64,000 nucleotides of DNA from Myxococcota bacterium. GTDB taxonomy: Bacteria > Myxococcota_A > UBA9160 > UBA6930. Location of the stretch: contig OZ245002.1 of assembly GCA_965223415.1 (NCBI GenBank), forward strand, positions 5,632,001 through 5,696,000. The letters are read 5' to 3'. This document shows, piece by piece, positions 29,738-38,636 of this stretch (positions within the stretch are counted from its first letter, which is position 1; every line of letters starts with the position of its first letter). Position numbers and translations under genes: made by a program. Below the pieces are notes generated by a model, which was not told the DNA's origin, did not search any database, and was given only the letters and a program-made list of their open reading frames with translations.

Positions 29738-30667
29738 TCAGGCGCGCCTGCCTTCGTAGGCGCCGAGCAGGGCCGCGGCGAAGATCCGCAGCTCCCGGTC
29801 CCGGGACGCATCGTCCACGCCGGGGCGGAGGGCCTGGGGCGTCCTCGCCAGCGTCGGGAGGCAGGCCAGGGCCAACGCGATCGGTCCCAGACGGTCGGGC
29901 TCGGCGGGCGCGGACGCCCGCAGGAGGAGTGCCCGCATCTCTGCCAGCCCATGGTGGGATGCGGGAAGCGCGGAGGGGCCGGGGGCCTCGTGCCAGGCCC
30001 GCGCGACCTCCTCGGCCAGCGGGTGATCGGGCGCGGGAGTCGCCAGGGCGCGCGTCCAGACCTCGCTGAGGGGCCCGAGCAGGGAGCTCGCACTCAGGTC
30101 GGGCTGGGGACGCGCCGCGGCCTGGAAGGTGATGGCCTGGGTGGCGGCCATCAGCACCCAGAGGGTGGCGGCCAGATCGTCGCGCCGGATCTCGTCCCAG
30201 TGCTCGATGGCCAGCTGCTGGAGGGCGGCGGGCACCGCGCTCTGGACCGCGAGGATGCGCTCCAGGGCAGACGTGTCGCCGAGCTCGGCGCCCTCGTCGG
30301 CCAGGATGCGCGGGATGTGGCTGTCCATCCAACGGCTCTGGAGCAGAAACTCGATCATCGCCGCCACCCCGCTCTCGAGGGGCTCACCGCCCTGGCTGGC
30401 CAGGCACTCGGCGACGAGCTCGTCCTCACGGACGAGGACCCGGTCGATCAGGGTCCGCACCACCGATTCCTTGTCGGCGAAGTACTGGTACAGCGAGCCG
30501 ACGCTGTAGCCGGCGACCTGGGCGATGCGATTGGTGGACGCCGCCTCGTAGCCCTCTCGGCGCAGCACGCGATCGGCGGCTTCGAGGATCGACTCGACGG
30601 TCCGGCGCGAACGGGCCTGGATCGGCTTCTTGCGGAGGTGACGGTGGGATTCGGACGTGGCCAACAC
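29738..30667 (-). CDS. TetR/AcrR family regulator with extended C-terminus (309 aa)
   Basis: RKKPIQARSRRTVESILEAA...STNRIAQVAGYSVGSLYQYFADKE; GTG start with AGGAG RBS. Confidence 0.88.
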   Translation of the reverse strand: MLATSESHRHLRKKPIQARSRRTVESILEAADRVLRREGYEAASTNRIAQVAGYSVGSLYQYFADKESVVRTLIDRVLVREDELVAECLASQGGEPLESGVAAMIEFLLQSRWMDSHIPRILADEGAELGDTSALERILAVQSAVPAALQQLAIEHWDEIRRDDLAATLWVLMAATQAITFQAAARPQPDLSASSLLGPLSEVWTRALATPAPDHPLAEEVARAWHEAPGPSALPASHHGLAEMRALLLRASAPAEPDRLGPIALALACLPTLARTPQALRPGVDDASRDRELRIFAAALLGAYEGRRA

Positions 30668-30707
30668 GTGATGCTCCTGGCTGGGGCCGCCCGGTTGGAC
30701 GGCACCC

Positions 30708-30789
30708 GTGGGTGGTCGCGGGCTCGGACCAGGTTCCACGTTTCGCTCAGATGTTGCTTGGAACCCTGTTGGCCGCGAGGGGCACCCAC
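30708..30789. promoter_or_regulatory. Pair of divergent ECF-type promoter motifs TGGAACC-N17-CACCCAC
   Basis: Minus-strand copy 30738..30708 faces tetR; plus-strand copy 30759..30789 faces the TPR/barrel operon; identical boxes and spacing, different spacers. Confidence 0.6.
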
Positions 30790-30900
30790 AGGTCACCGAT
30801 AGCGGGGTGTACAAGGGACCTCGTTGGCCCCCCTGGGGACCCGTCCGGGCGGCGCCCTGCCACGGTGGTAGGGTTTCCCTTTACCCGAGGCCCATCTGGG

Positions 30901-32541
30901 ATGGATCGACGTCGACGCGAACGCAGCCGCTGGGTGCCGCCGCTGGCGCTCGCGCTGGCGGCGGCCGCTGCCTCTGCCGAGCTTCCGCGGGAGCAGCTGC
31001 TCCAGCGTGTGGCCGAAGGCCGCTGTCCCTCGGCCCTTCCTGCGCTCCGGGCCCAGGACCCGGGCCGGGACCTCTCGCTCTGGTGGGCCCGGGCGCTCTG
31101 CGAGAACGCCACCGGCGAGTCGGCCGCGGCCCTGGAGGCCGTGCGCTCCGCGACCGCCCTCGGGCTCGGGAGCGCGGAGCTCGCCCTTCAGGAAGGCATC
31201 GCCCACTTCCAGCTGGGCGATCTCGATTCGGCGCGCGAGGCCCTTGGCCGCGCCGCCGAGGGCGACGCCTCACCGCCCGAGCGCCTGCTCTTCGAGGGCC
31301 TCGTCGCCCTCGCCCAACGCCGCCCGGCCGAGGCCAGCCAGGCCCTCGAACGGGCCCGGCGGCTCGACCCGGTCCACGTGGAGCCCGTCGCCTCCTACTA
31401 CATGGGCCGCGCCCGGGCCGAGCTGGGCGAAGCGGCCGAGGCTCGCGAGATCCTGGCGCGGGTCCAGCGCGAATGGCCCGACACACCCTGGGCCGAGCAG
31501 GCGGGCCGGGCCCTGACCAGGCTCGAGCCGGACGGTCCCCGCCCCTGGCTCAGCCTGGAGATCGGCGGCGAGTACGACGACAACGCGGTGCTGCGGGGCG
31601 CCGGCGTGCGCCTGCCCTCCGAGATTCCGGGCCAGCGGGACCATCGGCTGGTCTGGCGGGCTCATTCCGGCGCCGAGCTCTTCCGCCGGGGCCCGTGGGC
31701 CGCAGGCGGGCTGGTGGAGGCGAACGGCTGGCTCCACGACCAGCTGCACGACTTCGACACCACGGAGCCGCTCGTCTCGGTGTGGCTCGACCGTGCCCTG
31801 CGCCGCGACACCCTGGCCCGCCTGGAGCTTACGACGGCCTACGCCTGGGTCGACGGCGATCCCTTCCGCAGCTCCCACGCCGCCACCGCGACCCTTCTGC
31901 ACGCCTGGAACGACGCGTCCACCACGTCCGTCCGCGTCGGCCTCCGGCGAGACGACTACCGCTTCGACGACGAGGACGTGCCGGACGGGATCGGCCGACC
32001 GGGCGCTCCCTGTCTCGACCCGGCCCACCTGGTCTGCTCGCCGCCCGGGCTGGACGAGAGCCGCGAACGGAACCGGGACGGCCAGGGGAGCTGGATCGGC
32101 GCCCTCCACGAGCTGCGCCTCGGCGAAGGCGCCACCGCGTGGGGCGGCTATCGCTACCAGCGCTACGCGGCGCGGGGAAGCGAGTACTCCTTCGACGCCC
32201 ACGAGTGGGAGGTCGGCTTACGCGTGGCCCTGCCGGCCCGCTTCGACCTCGAGGCCAGCGGTCACTACGCCCGCCGCGCCTTCCGACACGAGAGCACCTT
32301 CCCGGAGCCGGACGCGCTGATCGCCGGACGGGAGTACGGCCTGGACCGCGGCGCCCACCGGGAGCGGGAGGTGCGAACGCGCCTCGTGCTGGGCCGCGAC
32401 CTCGGCCGGCGCCTGCGGGTCGAAGCACGTTGGATCCACGAGCGCGCGCGCTCGAACGTTTCCGTGTTCGACTATCGTCGCGACCAGTTCGGGGGCTTCG
32501 TGATCCTCGCCCTGGGGCACGTCGCAGGAGACCCATCGTGA
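30901..32541 (+). CDS. TPR-repeat plus outer-membrane beta-barrel protein (Slam/DUF560-like)
   Basis: Signal peptide; helical TPR region (ASYYMGRARAELG); then PWLSLEIGGEYDDN and alternating aromatic beta strands to SNVSVFDYRR. Confidence 0.7.
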   Translation: MDRRRRERSRWVPPLALALAAAAASAELPREQLLQRVAEGRCPSALPALRAQDPGRDLSLWWARALCENATGESAAALEAVRSATALGLGSAELALQEGIAHFQLGDLDSAREALGRAAEGDASPPERLLFEGLVALAQRRPAEASQALERARRLDPVHVEPVASYYMGRARAELGEAAEAREILARVQREWPDTPWAEQAGRALTRLEPDGPRPWLSLEIGGEYDDNAVLRGAGVRLPSEIPGQRDHRLVWRAHSGAELFRRGPWAAGGLVEANGWLHDQLHDFDTTEPLVSVWLDRALRRDTLARLELTTAYAWVDGDPFRSSHAATATLLHAWNDASTTSVRVGLRRDDYRFDDEDVPDGIGRPGAPCLDPAHLVCSPPGLDESRERNRDGQGSWIGALHELRLGEGATAWGGYRYQRYAARGSEYSFDAHEWEVGLRVALPARFDLEASGHYARRAFRHESTFPEPDALIAGREYGLDRGAHREREVRTRLVLGRDLGRRLRVEARWIHERARSNVSVFDYRRDQFGGFVILALGHVAGDPS

Positions 32542-33194
32542 CTCGACGCATCCCCTGTCTCTGCGCGGCCACCGCCTTCACGCTCGGGTTGGCCGGGCCG
32601 GCGGCGGCGGCGGAGATCGCACCGCCCGGCGCGTGTGCGGAGCCGGACCCCCCGGGGCTCGTCATCCGGCCGGAGGCCGAGGAGAGCGACGGAGATCCTG
32701 CCGCCCGAGCGAGCAGGGGTGGGGACGAAGGCGGGCACATCGGAAGCTCGGGCGGCCAGGCCGGCGCCTCGCCGGGATCGGCCGCGACGCCGGGATCGGG
32801 CAGCGGCCCGAAGGCCACGGCCGGGCCTCCCCCCGGCGGCAGCGGCCCACTCACGGCGACGGTCGTCGGGCCGGTCCGGCATCGCTTCGTTCCCACCGCC
32901 GTCGGCGCGGGCCTTCCCCGGGTCGCGGTGACCCTCGGCCCGCCGACGAACCGCCGCACCCCGCACCCGGGGGCCTGCGGGAGCGCGGGGCGCGTCTGCG
33001 TGGGCCGGATCCAGCCGGCCCCGCCGAGGGCGCCGCTCCCTCGCGTGATGAGCCGACGGCCGCGGCGACGCGTCGCCGTCGTGGATCCCGGGCCCGGAGG
33101 CGGTTGCGGCGGGCCCGGCTTCCCCTGCACGGGAGGCGGAGGGAGCACCCAGAGCGTGCCCGGCTCCCGCACCGGCAAGGGGCTCACCCGATGA
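32538..33194 (+). CDS. Secreted Pro/Gly-rich protein with two C-x6-C pairs
   Basis: GTG overlaps the upstream stop, AGGAG RBS, signal peptide ending PAAAA, stop overlaps the sigma ATG. Confidence 0.6.
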   Translation: MTRRIPCLCAATAFTLGLAGPAAAAEIAPPGACAEPDPPGLVIRPEAEESDGDPAARASRGGDEGGHIGSSGGQAGASPGSAATPGSGSGPKATAGPPPGGSGPLTATVVGPVRHRFVPTAVGAGLPRVAVTLGPPTNRRTPHPGACGSAGRVCVGRIQPAPPRAPLPRVMSRRPRRRVAVVDPGPGGGCGGPGFPCTGGGGSTQSVPGSRTGKGLTR

Positions 33195-33760
33195 ACGGGG
33201 ACGGATCGGACCGCCTGCTGCTGGAGCGCGTCGCGCGCCGGGACGAGGAGGCCTATCGGGACCTCTTCCAGCGCTACTACCCCCGGGTCTTCGCCTTCGT
33301 GAACCGGCGCCTCGGCAACCCGGACCTGGCCGAGGAGGCCGTCTCGGACGTGTTCTTCGAGGTGTGGCGCGGCGCGGCCACCTTCCAGGGTCGCTCGCGA
33401 GTCTCCACCTGGATCCTCGGCATCGCCACCTTCAAGTGCCGGGAGGCCATCCGCGCCAAGGGGCGACTGAAGCGCTCGTCGGTCGTGGCCACCCCGATGG
33501 AGAGCCTGGCCGCCGTCGCCGACGGGGCGGACCTCGAGAGCCGCGTGTTGGCTCGGGACGAGCTGCGCTGGGCCAAGCATCGCATCGACGAGCTGCCGGA
33601 AGAGCAGCGCAAGGTCGTCGAGCTGTCCATCGTCGACGGCCGGAGCACGGAAGACATCGCCCGGCGCCTGCGGGTCTCGAGCGGCACCGTGAAGTCGCGC
33701 CTGTCCCGGGCGCGGCGACAGCTGCGCTCCAGCCCGCGTTCCCATGGAAAGGAGTCCTGA
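33191..33760 (+). CDS. ECF (sigma70 group 4) RNA polymerase sigma factor
   Basis: DRLLLERVARRDEEAY..LF...AEEAVSDVFFEVWR...STWILGIA...LPEEQR...EDIARRLRVSSGTVKSRLSRAR. Confidence 0.95.
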   Translation: MNGDGSDRLLLERVARRDEEAYRDLFQRYYPRVFAFVNRRLGNPDLAEEAVSDVFFEVWRGAATFQGRSRVSTWILGIATFKCREAIRAKGRLKRSSVVATPMESLAAVADGADLESRVLARDELRWAKHRIDELPEEQRKVVELSIVDGRSTEDIARRLRVSSGTVKSRLSRARRQLRSSPRSHGKES

Positions 33761-33762
33761 GC

Positions 33763-34386
33763 ATGGCCACCCTTCGTGCCGCCACATGCCCGGAAGAGGT
33801 CCTCGACTGGATCGCCTGGTACGCCGAGCCCGAGCTGCCGAGCGAGGTGCGCAGCGCCATCGATCGCCACGCCGCCGAGTGCCTGGCCTGCCGCGAGGAG
33901 CTCGGCTGGATCCAGACCGAGGTCAGCGAACACGGGGACAACGGCCCGCGCGGCGAGCGCGTCGTCGCCCAGCTGATGGCGCGGATCCGGCAGCCGGAGA
34001 CCCTGCAGGCGCCGGCCACGACACGGCATCGCCCGCGCGGACAGGCGACGCCGTGGCTCGCCGCGGCCGCCGCCGCGCTGATCCTGCTGGGCGGCGCCTG
34101 GCTGGGTACCCGTCTCGCCGTGCCGCAGCCGTTGCACACCGCGACCGCCGGCGCCCCGCCCGTGGCCGCCGGGCCGGCGCTCGAGGTCCTCTTCCGGGAC
34201 GATGCCTCCTGGGCGGCGATCCGCAGCACGCTGGAGCGCGCGGACGCTCGCCTGGCATCGGGCACGGCGCAGGCACCCAGCGGACGCCTTCGGCTGGTGC
34301 TCCCGCCGAGCACGGATCCCGCGGCAGCCCTCGGCGTGCTCCGCGAGAGCGGCCTCACCTTGTTCGCCGAGCGCGCAGTCCGCTAG
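33763..34386 (+). CDS. Zinc-binding (zf-HC2/ZAS) transmembrane anti-sigma factor
   Basis: HAAECLAC (HxxxCxxC), one TM (WLAAAAAALILLGGAWL), small C-terminal domain; 2 nt after the sigma gene. Confidence 0.88.
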   Translation: MATLRAATCPEEVLDWIAWYAEPELPSEVRSAIDRHAAECLACREELGWIQTEVSEHGDNGPRGERVVAQLMARIRQPETLQAPATTRHRPRGQATPWLAAAAAALILLGGAWLGTRLAVPQPLHTATAGAPPVAAGPALEVLFRDDASWAAIRSTLERADARLASGTAQAPSGRLRLVLPPSTDPAAALGVLRESGLTLFAERAVR

Positions 34387-34396
34387 CGAATTCCCG

Positions 34397-35686
34397 ATGC
34401 GCCTCCTCCTCACGCTGCCTCTGGCCCTGGGCCTGCTGCTCGCGCCGAGCCGTGCTCCCGGGGCGAGCGACGAGGCGGAGTGCGCGCCCCTTCCCGAGGC
34501 CGCGCCGCGCGTGAGCGCGGCACTCGAAGCGCCGGCCGGGCCCCCCGGCGCCAGCGCGCTGTGGGTGCTGCCGAAGGTCGCGCTCGAGGCCCTCGACGAG
34601 CCGGACGCGCCGCTCGCGGCGGGCGTCGTGATCGAGGACTCGTACTGGAGCCCGATCCTGTGTGCCTCGGTCGTCCGGCTTCGCGGCCCCGCCGGCGCGT
34701 CGCCCGGCTCTCTCCTGGCGACGGTTCCGAAGGGCTCGATGCTCGTGCCGGACGACACCTATTTCACGAGCGCGGCGAGCAACGAGGGCTCGGTCACGAG
34801 CGCTCCGCCCGGCGAGGCGTCGGTGGAAGACGCGATGTCGGGCCCGGACCCGTATCGCCCGCTCCAGTTCGCCCTGGACGAGCTGGGTGTGGACGCGGCC
34901 CGGGCCGTCTCGTCCGGAGCGGGCACGCGGATCGCGTTGCTCGATTCGGAGCCCGAGGTCGGCCACCGGGACCTCCGGCGCGTGGCGATCCCGGCGCGCA
35001 GCGTCCCTCCCGGGGTCGCCCATCACGGCACGATGGTCGCCGGCATCCTCGCTGCGGAGGCGGACAACCGCTTCGGCATCGCCGGCGTGGCGCCGGAGGC
35101 CGAGCTCCTCGCGATCCCCGTCTGCGTCCCCGGCTCGCCGGAGCGCGGCGACGCGTGCGCCCTGTTCGACGTGCTCCGGGGGCTCGACGCGGCATGGGAG
35201 CAGCGCGCCCACGTGATCAACCTCTCGCTGGCCGGCCCCTCGAACCCGCTCCTCCAGGGCGCCGCCGACCGGCTCGACGGCTTCGGCGTCACCCTCGTGG
35301 CGGCGGCCGGCAACGACGGAACGACCGATCCCCTCTACCCGGCGGCCTATCCCAGCGTCATCGGCGTGGGAGCGTCGGGGCGCGGCGGAACGGCCTACGC
35401 CCAGGGCAACCGCGGGCCGGGCCTCGAACTCGTGGCGCCGGGAGCGGACATCGTCTCCACCGCGAAGGGCGGCGGGTTCGCCTTCGCCGACGGCACCAGT
35501 CTGGCGACGGCCCACGTCTCCGGCGTGCTGGCGCTCCTCGCCTCGGCCGCCGGCGATCTCACCCTCGCACGCCAGACCCTGCTGCTCGAGGCGCGACGCC
35601 ATCCCCGCGCCGACGGTCGGGTCGGCGTCCTGCCGCGGGTGTGCCACCTGCTCGAGCAGCTCGACCGCCCCTGCCCCGAGCCCTGA
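34397..35686 (+). CDS. Secreted subtilisin-like serine peptidase (S8)
   Basis: Signal peptide; IALLDS (Asp), HGTMVAG (His), INLSL, AAAGND (oxyanion Asn), DGTSLA (Ser). Confidence 0.92.
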   Translation: MRLLLTLPLALGLLLAPSRAPGASDEAECAPLPEAAPRVSAALEAPAGPPGASALWVLPKVALEALDEPDAPLAAGVVIEDSYWSPILCASVVRLRGPAGASPGSLLATVPKGSMLVPDDTYFTSAASNEGSVTSAPPGEASVEDAMSGPDPYRPLQFALDELGVDAARAVSSGAGTRIALLDSEPEVGHRDLRRVAIPARSVPPGVAHHGTMVAGILAAEADNRFGIAGVAPEAELLAIPVCVPGSPERGDACALFDVLRGLDAAWEQRAHVINLSLAGPSNPLLQGAADRLDGFGVTLVAAAGNDGTTDPLYPAAYPSVIGVGASGRGGTAYAQGNRGPGLELVAPGADIVSTAKGGGFAFADGTSLATAHVSGVLALLASAAGDLTLARQTLLLEARRHPRADGRVGVLPRVCHLLEQLDRPCPEP

Positions 35687-35791
35687 CCCGGGGCACGATC
35701 CTGCCATCGGCCTGCCTCCACCTCGTCACGGAGGCGCCTGACCGACGCCCGACCCGTCGGCTCTCCTTGGAGCACTCCCAGGAGAGAGCCC

Positions 35792-38182
35792 ATGCACGTC
35801 CCTCGCCGATCGCCGCCCTCCCCCTGGCTGACGGGCCTCTGCGTCGCCGTGGGCGTCGCCCTTCCCGTCGCCGCGATCGCGGTCGAGCTGGCCGCGCACC
35901 TGGGCTTCCTCGTGTTCATCGACCCGCTGCCGAGCCTCGGACACGTCGCCCTGGCCGGCGCCGTCCCGGCGGCCGTGGCGGCCGGGCTGCTCGGCCTGCA
36001 CGGCCGCGCGATCGTCGGCGGGCGTGCGGCGGAGCGTGCCCTGGCCTTCGGCTTCGGGGCCGGTGCGGCGTTCTGCGTCGTCCTCTGGCCGCTGGTCCTG
36101 GCCGGCGCGATCGGGGCAATCGCCGGGTGGGCGGCGGGCTGGAGCGAGCCCGACGTGCAGGCGCCGTGGGTGCTGGGCCTGGCGTGGCTCGCCCTCGCCC
36201 CCGCCACCGGCGCGTTCGCCGCCGCGCTGACGCGCTTCCGGGTGAGGCGGCGGGCACCGGGGACGCGCTTCGACCTGGGCTGGGCCGTGCTGGGGATGAT
36301 CGCTCTCGGTTTCCTCGAACTCCCCCTCCAGCGCGACCTCCAGAACGCGCCGACCCTGGAGTGGACCCGGGGACTCGTCAGCGAGGGCCAGCACCTGCGC
36401 GCCCACGACCTTCCCCCGCGCCAGCTCGGCACCGCGCTGATCCTCGGCGGCGGCCCGCTGGCCCGCAGGCCGGAGCGGCTGCGCACCCTCGAGCTGTTCC
36501 GGGCGACCGGGCGGCTGCGGGGCGAGCTGGGCGCCCTGCGGCTGCCCGGCGCCGACGCGCCGAACGCCGACCGCCTGCGTTCCCTCGGCCTCGAGCCCTG
36601 GGGCGATCGTCTGCGCGGCGGCTTCCAGGTCGGCTGGCTCGAGCGCGGCCTCGCCCTCGAGCGCTCCTCGCTCGCGATCGACGTGCACGGGGGCCGCGCC
36701 TTCGGCTACGCGGAGTGGACCTGGACCCTCGCGAACCGGGCCGGGAGCCCGCTCGAAGCCCGCGCGGTCGTGGAGCTGCCGGCCGGCGGCGTGGTCTCCC
36801 GCGCCACCCTGTGGGTCGCCGGCGTGCCGCGAGAAGCCTCCTTCGGCGGGCGCGAGCGCGTGACCGAGGCCTACCAGAACGTAGTGGCGACGCGCCGGGA
36901 TCCGCTGCTCGTCACGGCCCACGGCGACGACGCGGTGTTCGTGAACGCCTTTCCCGTTCCCGCCGAAGGCGAGATGACCCTACGCTTCGGCATCACCTTC
37001 CCCTTGGCCGTGGCCGAGCCCGGCCACGCGGCGGGCTTCCTGCCCCGGCTGGGAGAGCGGAACTTCGGCGTCCCCCCGGCCGGTCACGGGGTGCGCCTTC
37101 GCTCCCTGGACGGAAGCCGCCTCCGGCTGCAGGCCCGGGAAGGAAGCCCGCCCGTGCCCTCCCCGGACACCGGGTGGACGATCGGCGACCGGGTCCTCGC
37201 CCGCGGGGTGGTGCTCGACGCGACCGGCGGCTCCTCGTCCGCCGGCCCGCTCCGGGACCTGCGGAGCGCGGGAGCGCCCGGTCTCCGCCAGAGCGTCGAT
37301 GCCGTCCCGATGCCGGCGGACGAGAAGGGGAAGCCGGGCTGGATCGTCGTCCTGGACGGCTCCAAGGCCTTGGACCCGCACCGGGCGACCCTTGCGACAT
37401 GGCTCGAAGGGCAGGCCGCAAGTGATCGGATGCAGGTGATTCTCTCCGGCGATACCGTGCTGACCGGATCGTCCGAGGAAATCGCACGGCAGCTGCGCTC
37501 GCATCGGCTTCGCGGCGGCCACGACCCGCTCCCGGCCCTGGCCCGCGCGGCCGCAGGCGCCGAGGGCCGGCCGGTCCTGTGGATCCACGGGCCGCAGCCG
37601 CGGCGCGGCGGGGTGCCGGACGGCCCGGTCCCGCTGTGGCTCACGCTGCCGCTGGGCCCCGGCCCGGATCCGCTCCCGGACCTCCCGCGGGCGAACCGGA
37701 CCGTCGTCCCCTGGACCGGCGACCTCGCCGCGGACCTCGCTCGCCTGGATGCGCAGCGGCGACGCGGCGTGGCCGGCTGGGTCGCGCGGGTGACGCGGGC
37801 CCCCGAGCCCAGCGGAACCGGGCGCGAGCCCGAGGCGATCCATCTCGCGCGCCTGCTCGCACGCCGGGAGGCGCTGGACGCCGGTGCCGCCGGACGGCGC
37901 GCCGAGGCCCTCGCCCTCGGCACGCGCTACGAGCTGGTCTCGCCCTGGACCGGCGCAGTGGTACTGGAACGGGATGCGGAGTACGCGCGAGCGGGCCTCG
38001 CGCCGCCCGCCCGGGATCCGGACGATCCGGGCGCCGACGACGTCGTCACGCGTGCAGCCGCTGGCGAGAACGTGGTGCCCCGGGGTCCGGCGACACCGGT
38101 GCCGGAGCCCGGCGCCGCCCTGCTCTTCGGCGTCGCTGCCCTCGCGCTCCGCTGGCTCGGACGACGCGGACGCCTGGGGTAG
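35792..38182 (+). CDS. Multi-TM protein with VIT domain, vWA-like region and C-terminal PEP-CTERM sorting signal
   Basis: About 5 N-terminal TMs; EWTWTLAN...EARAVVELPAGGVVSRATLWVAGVPREA (VIT-like); IVVLDGS; ELVSPWTGAVVLE; VPEPGAALLFGVAALALRWLGRRGR. Confidence 0.75.
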   Translation: MHVPRRSPPSPWLTGLCVAVGVALPVAAIAVELAAHLGFLVFIDPLPSLGHVALAGAVPAAVAAGLLGLHGRAIVGGRAAERALAFGFGAGAAFCVVLWPLVLAGAIGAIAGWAAGWSEPDVQAPWVLGLAWLALAPATGAFAAALTRFRVRRRAPGTRFDLGWAVLGMIALGFLELPLQRDLQNAPTLEWTRGLVSEGQHLRAHDLPPRQLGTALILGGGPLARRPERLRTLELFRATGRLRGELGALRLPGADAPNADRLRSLGLEPWGDRLRGGFQVGWLERGLALERSSLAIDVHGGRAFGYAEWTWTLANRAGSPLEARAVVELPAGGVVSRATLWVAGVPREASFGGRERVTEAYQNVVATRRDPLLVTAHGDDAVFVNAFPVPAEGEMTLRFGITFPLAVAEPGHAAGFLPRLGERNFGVPPAGHGVRLRSLDGSRLRLQAREGSPPVPSPDTGWTIGDRVLARGVVLDATGGSSSAGPLRDLRSAGAPGLRQSVDAVPMPADEKGKPGWIVVLDGSKALDPHRATLATWLEGQAASDRMQVILSGDTVLTGSSEEIARQLRSHRLRGGHDPLPALARAAAGAEGRPVLWIHGPQPRRGGVPDGPVPLWLTLPLGPGPDPLPDLPRANRTVVPWTGDLAADLARLDAQRRRGVAGWVARVTRAPEPSGTGREPEAIHLARLLARREALDAGAAGRRAEALALGTRYELVSPWTGAVVLERDAEYARAGLAPPARDPDDPGADDVVTRAAAGENVVPRGPATPVPEPGAALLFGVAALALRWLGRRGRLG

Positions 38183-38206
38183 ACTGCGCGGCCCGAAGGA
38201 GGACCC

Positions 38207-38617
38207 ATGGGCCAGGCCAGCGTCACCCGCACTGTCGACGTCCCCGCGGACGCCCTCTGGAAACTGATCGAGGACTTCGGCGACACGAGCTGGATGCCCG
38301 CGGGAACACCCTCCGAGGTGGTCGGTGAGGGGCCGGGCATGGCGCGACTGATCGGCCCGCCGGACCAGGCGATCCGCGAGCAGCTGGAGAGTGTCGACCC
38401 GGCGAGCCGCACCCTCGTCTACACGATCCCCGAGAACGTCCCCTTCCCGGTATCGGGCTACCGCTCGACCCTGCAGGTGCGCGAGGCGGGGACCGGCAGC
38501 GAGCTCACCTGGAGCTGCGAGTTCCAGCCCGACGGCTCCGAGGACGAAGCCCGCGCCGCCATCGAGCAGATGTACGGCGTGATGATCGGCTGGATCGCGG
38601 AGCGGGCCTCGAGCTAG
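38207..38617 (+). CDS. SRPBCC/polyketide cyclase-like ligand-binding protein
   Basis: VDVPADALWKLIEDFG..SWMP...GEGPGMAR...IREQL...RTLVYTI...YRSTLQV; AAGGAGG RBS. Confidence 0.85.
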   Translation: MGQASVTRTVDVPADALWKLIEDFGDTSWMPAGTPSEVVGEGPGMARLIGPPDQAIREQLESVDPASRTLVYTIPENVPFPVSGYRSTLQVREAGTGSELTWSCEFQPDGSEDEARAAIEQMYGVMIGWIAERASS

Positions 38618-38636
38618 GCGCCTCCCGGGGCGCCCC

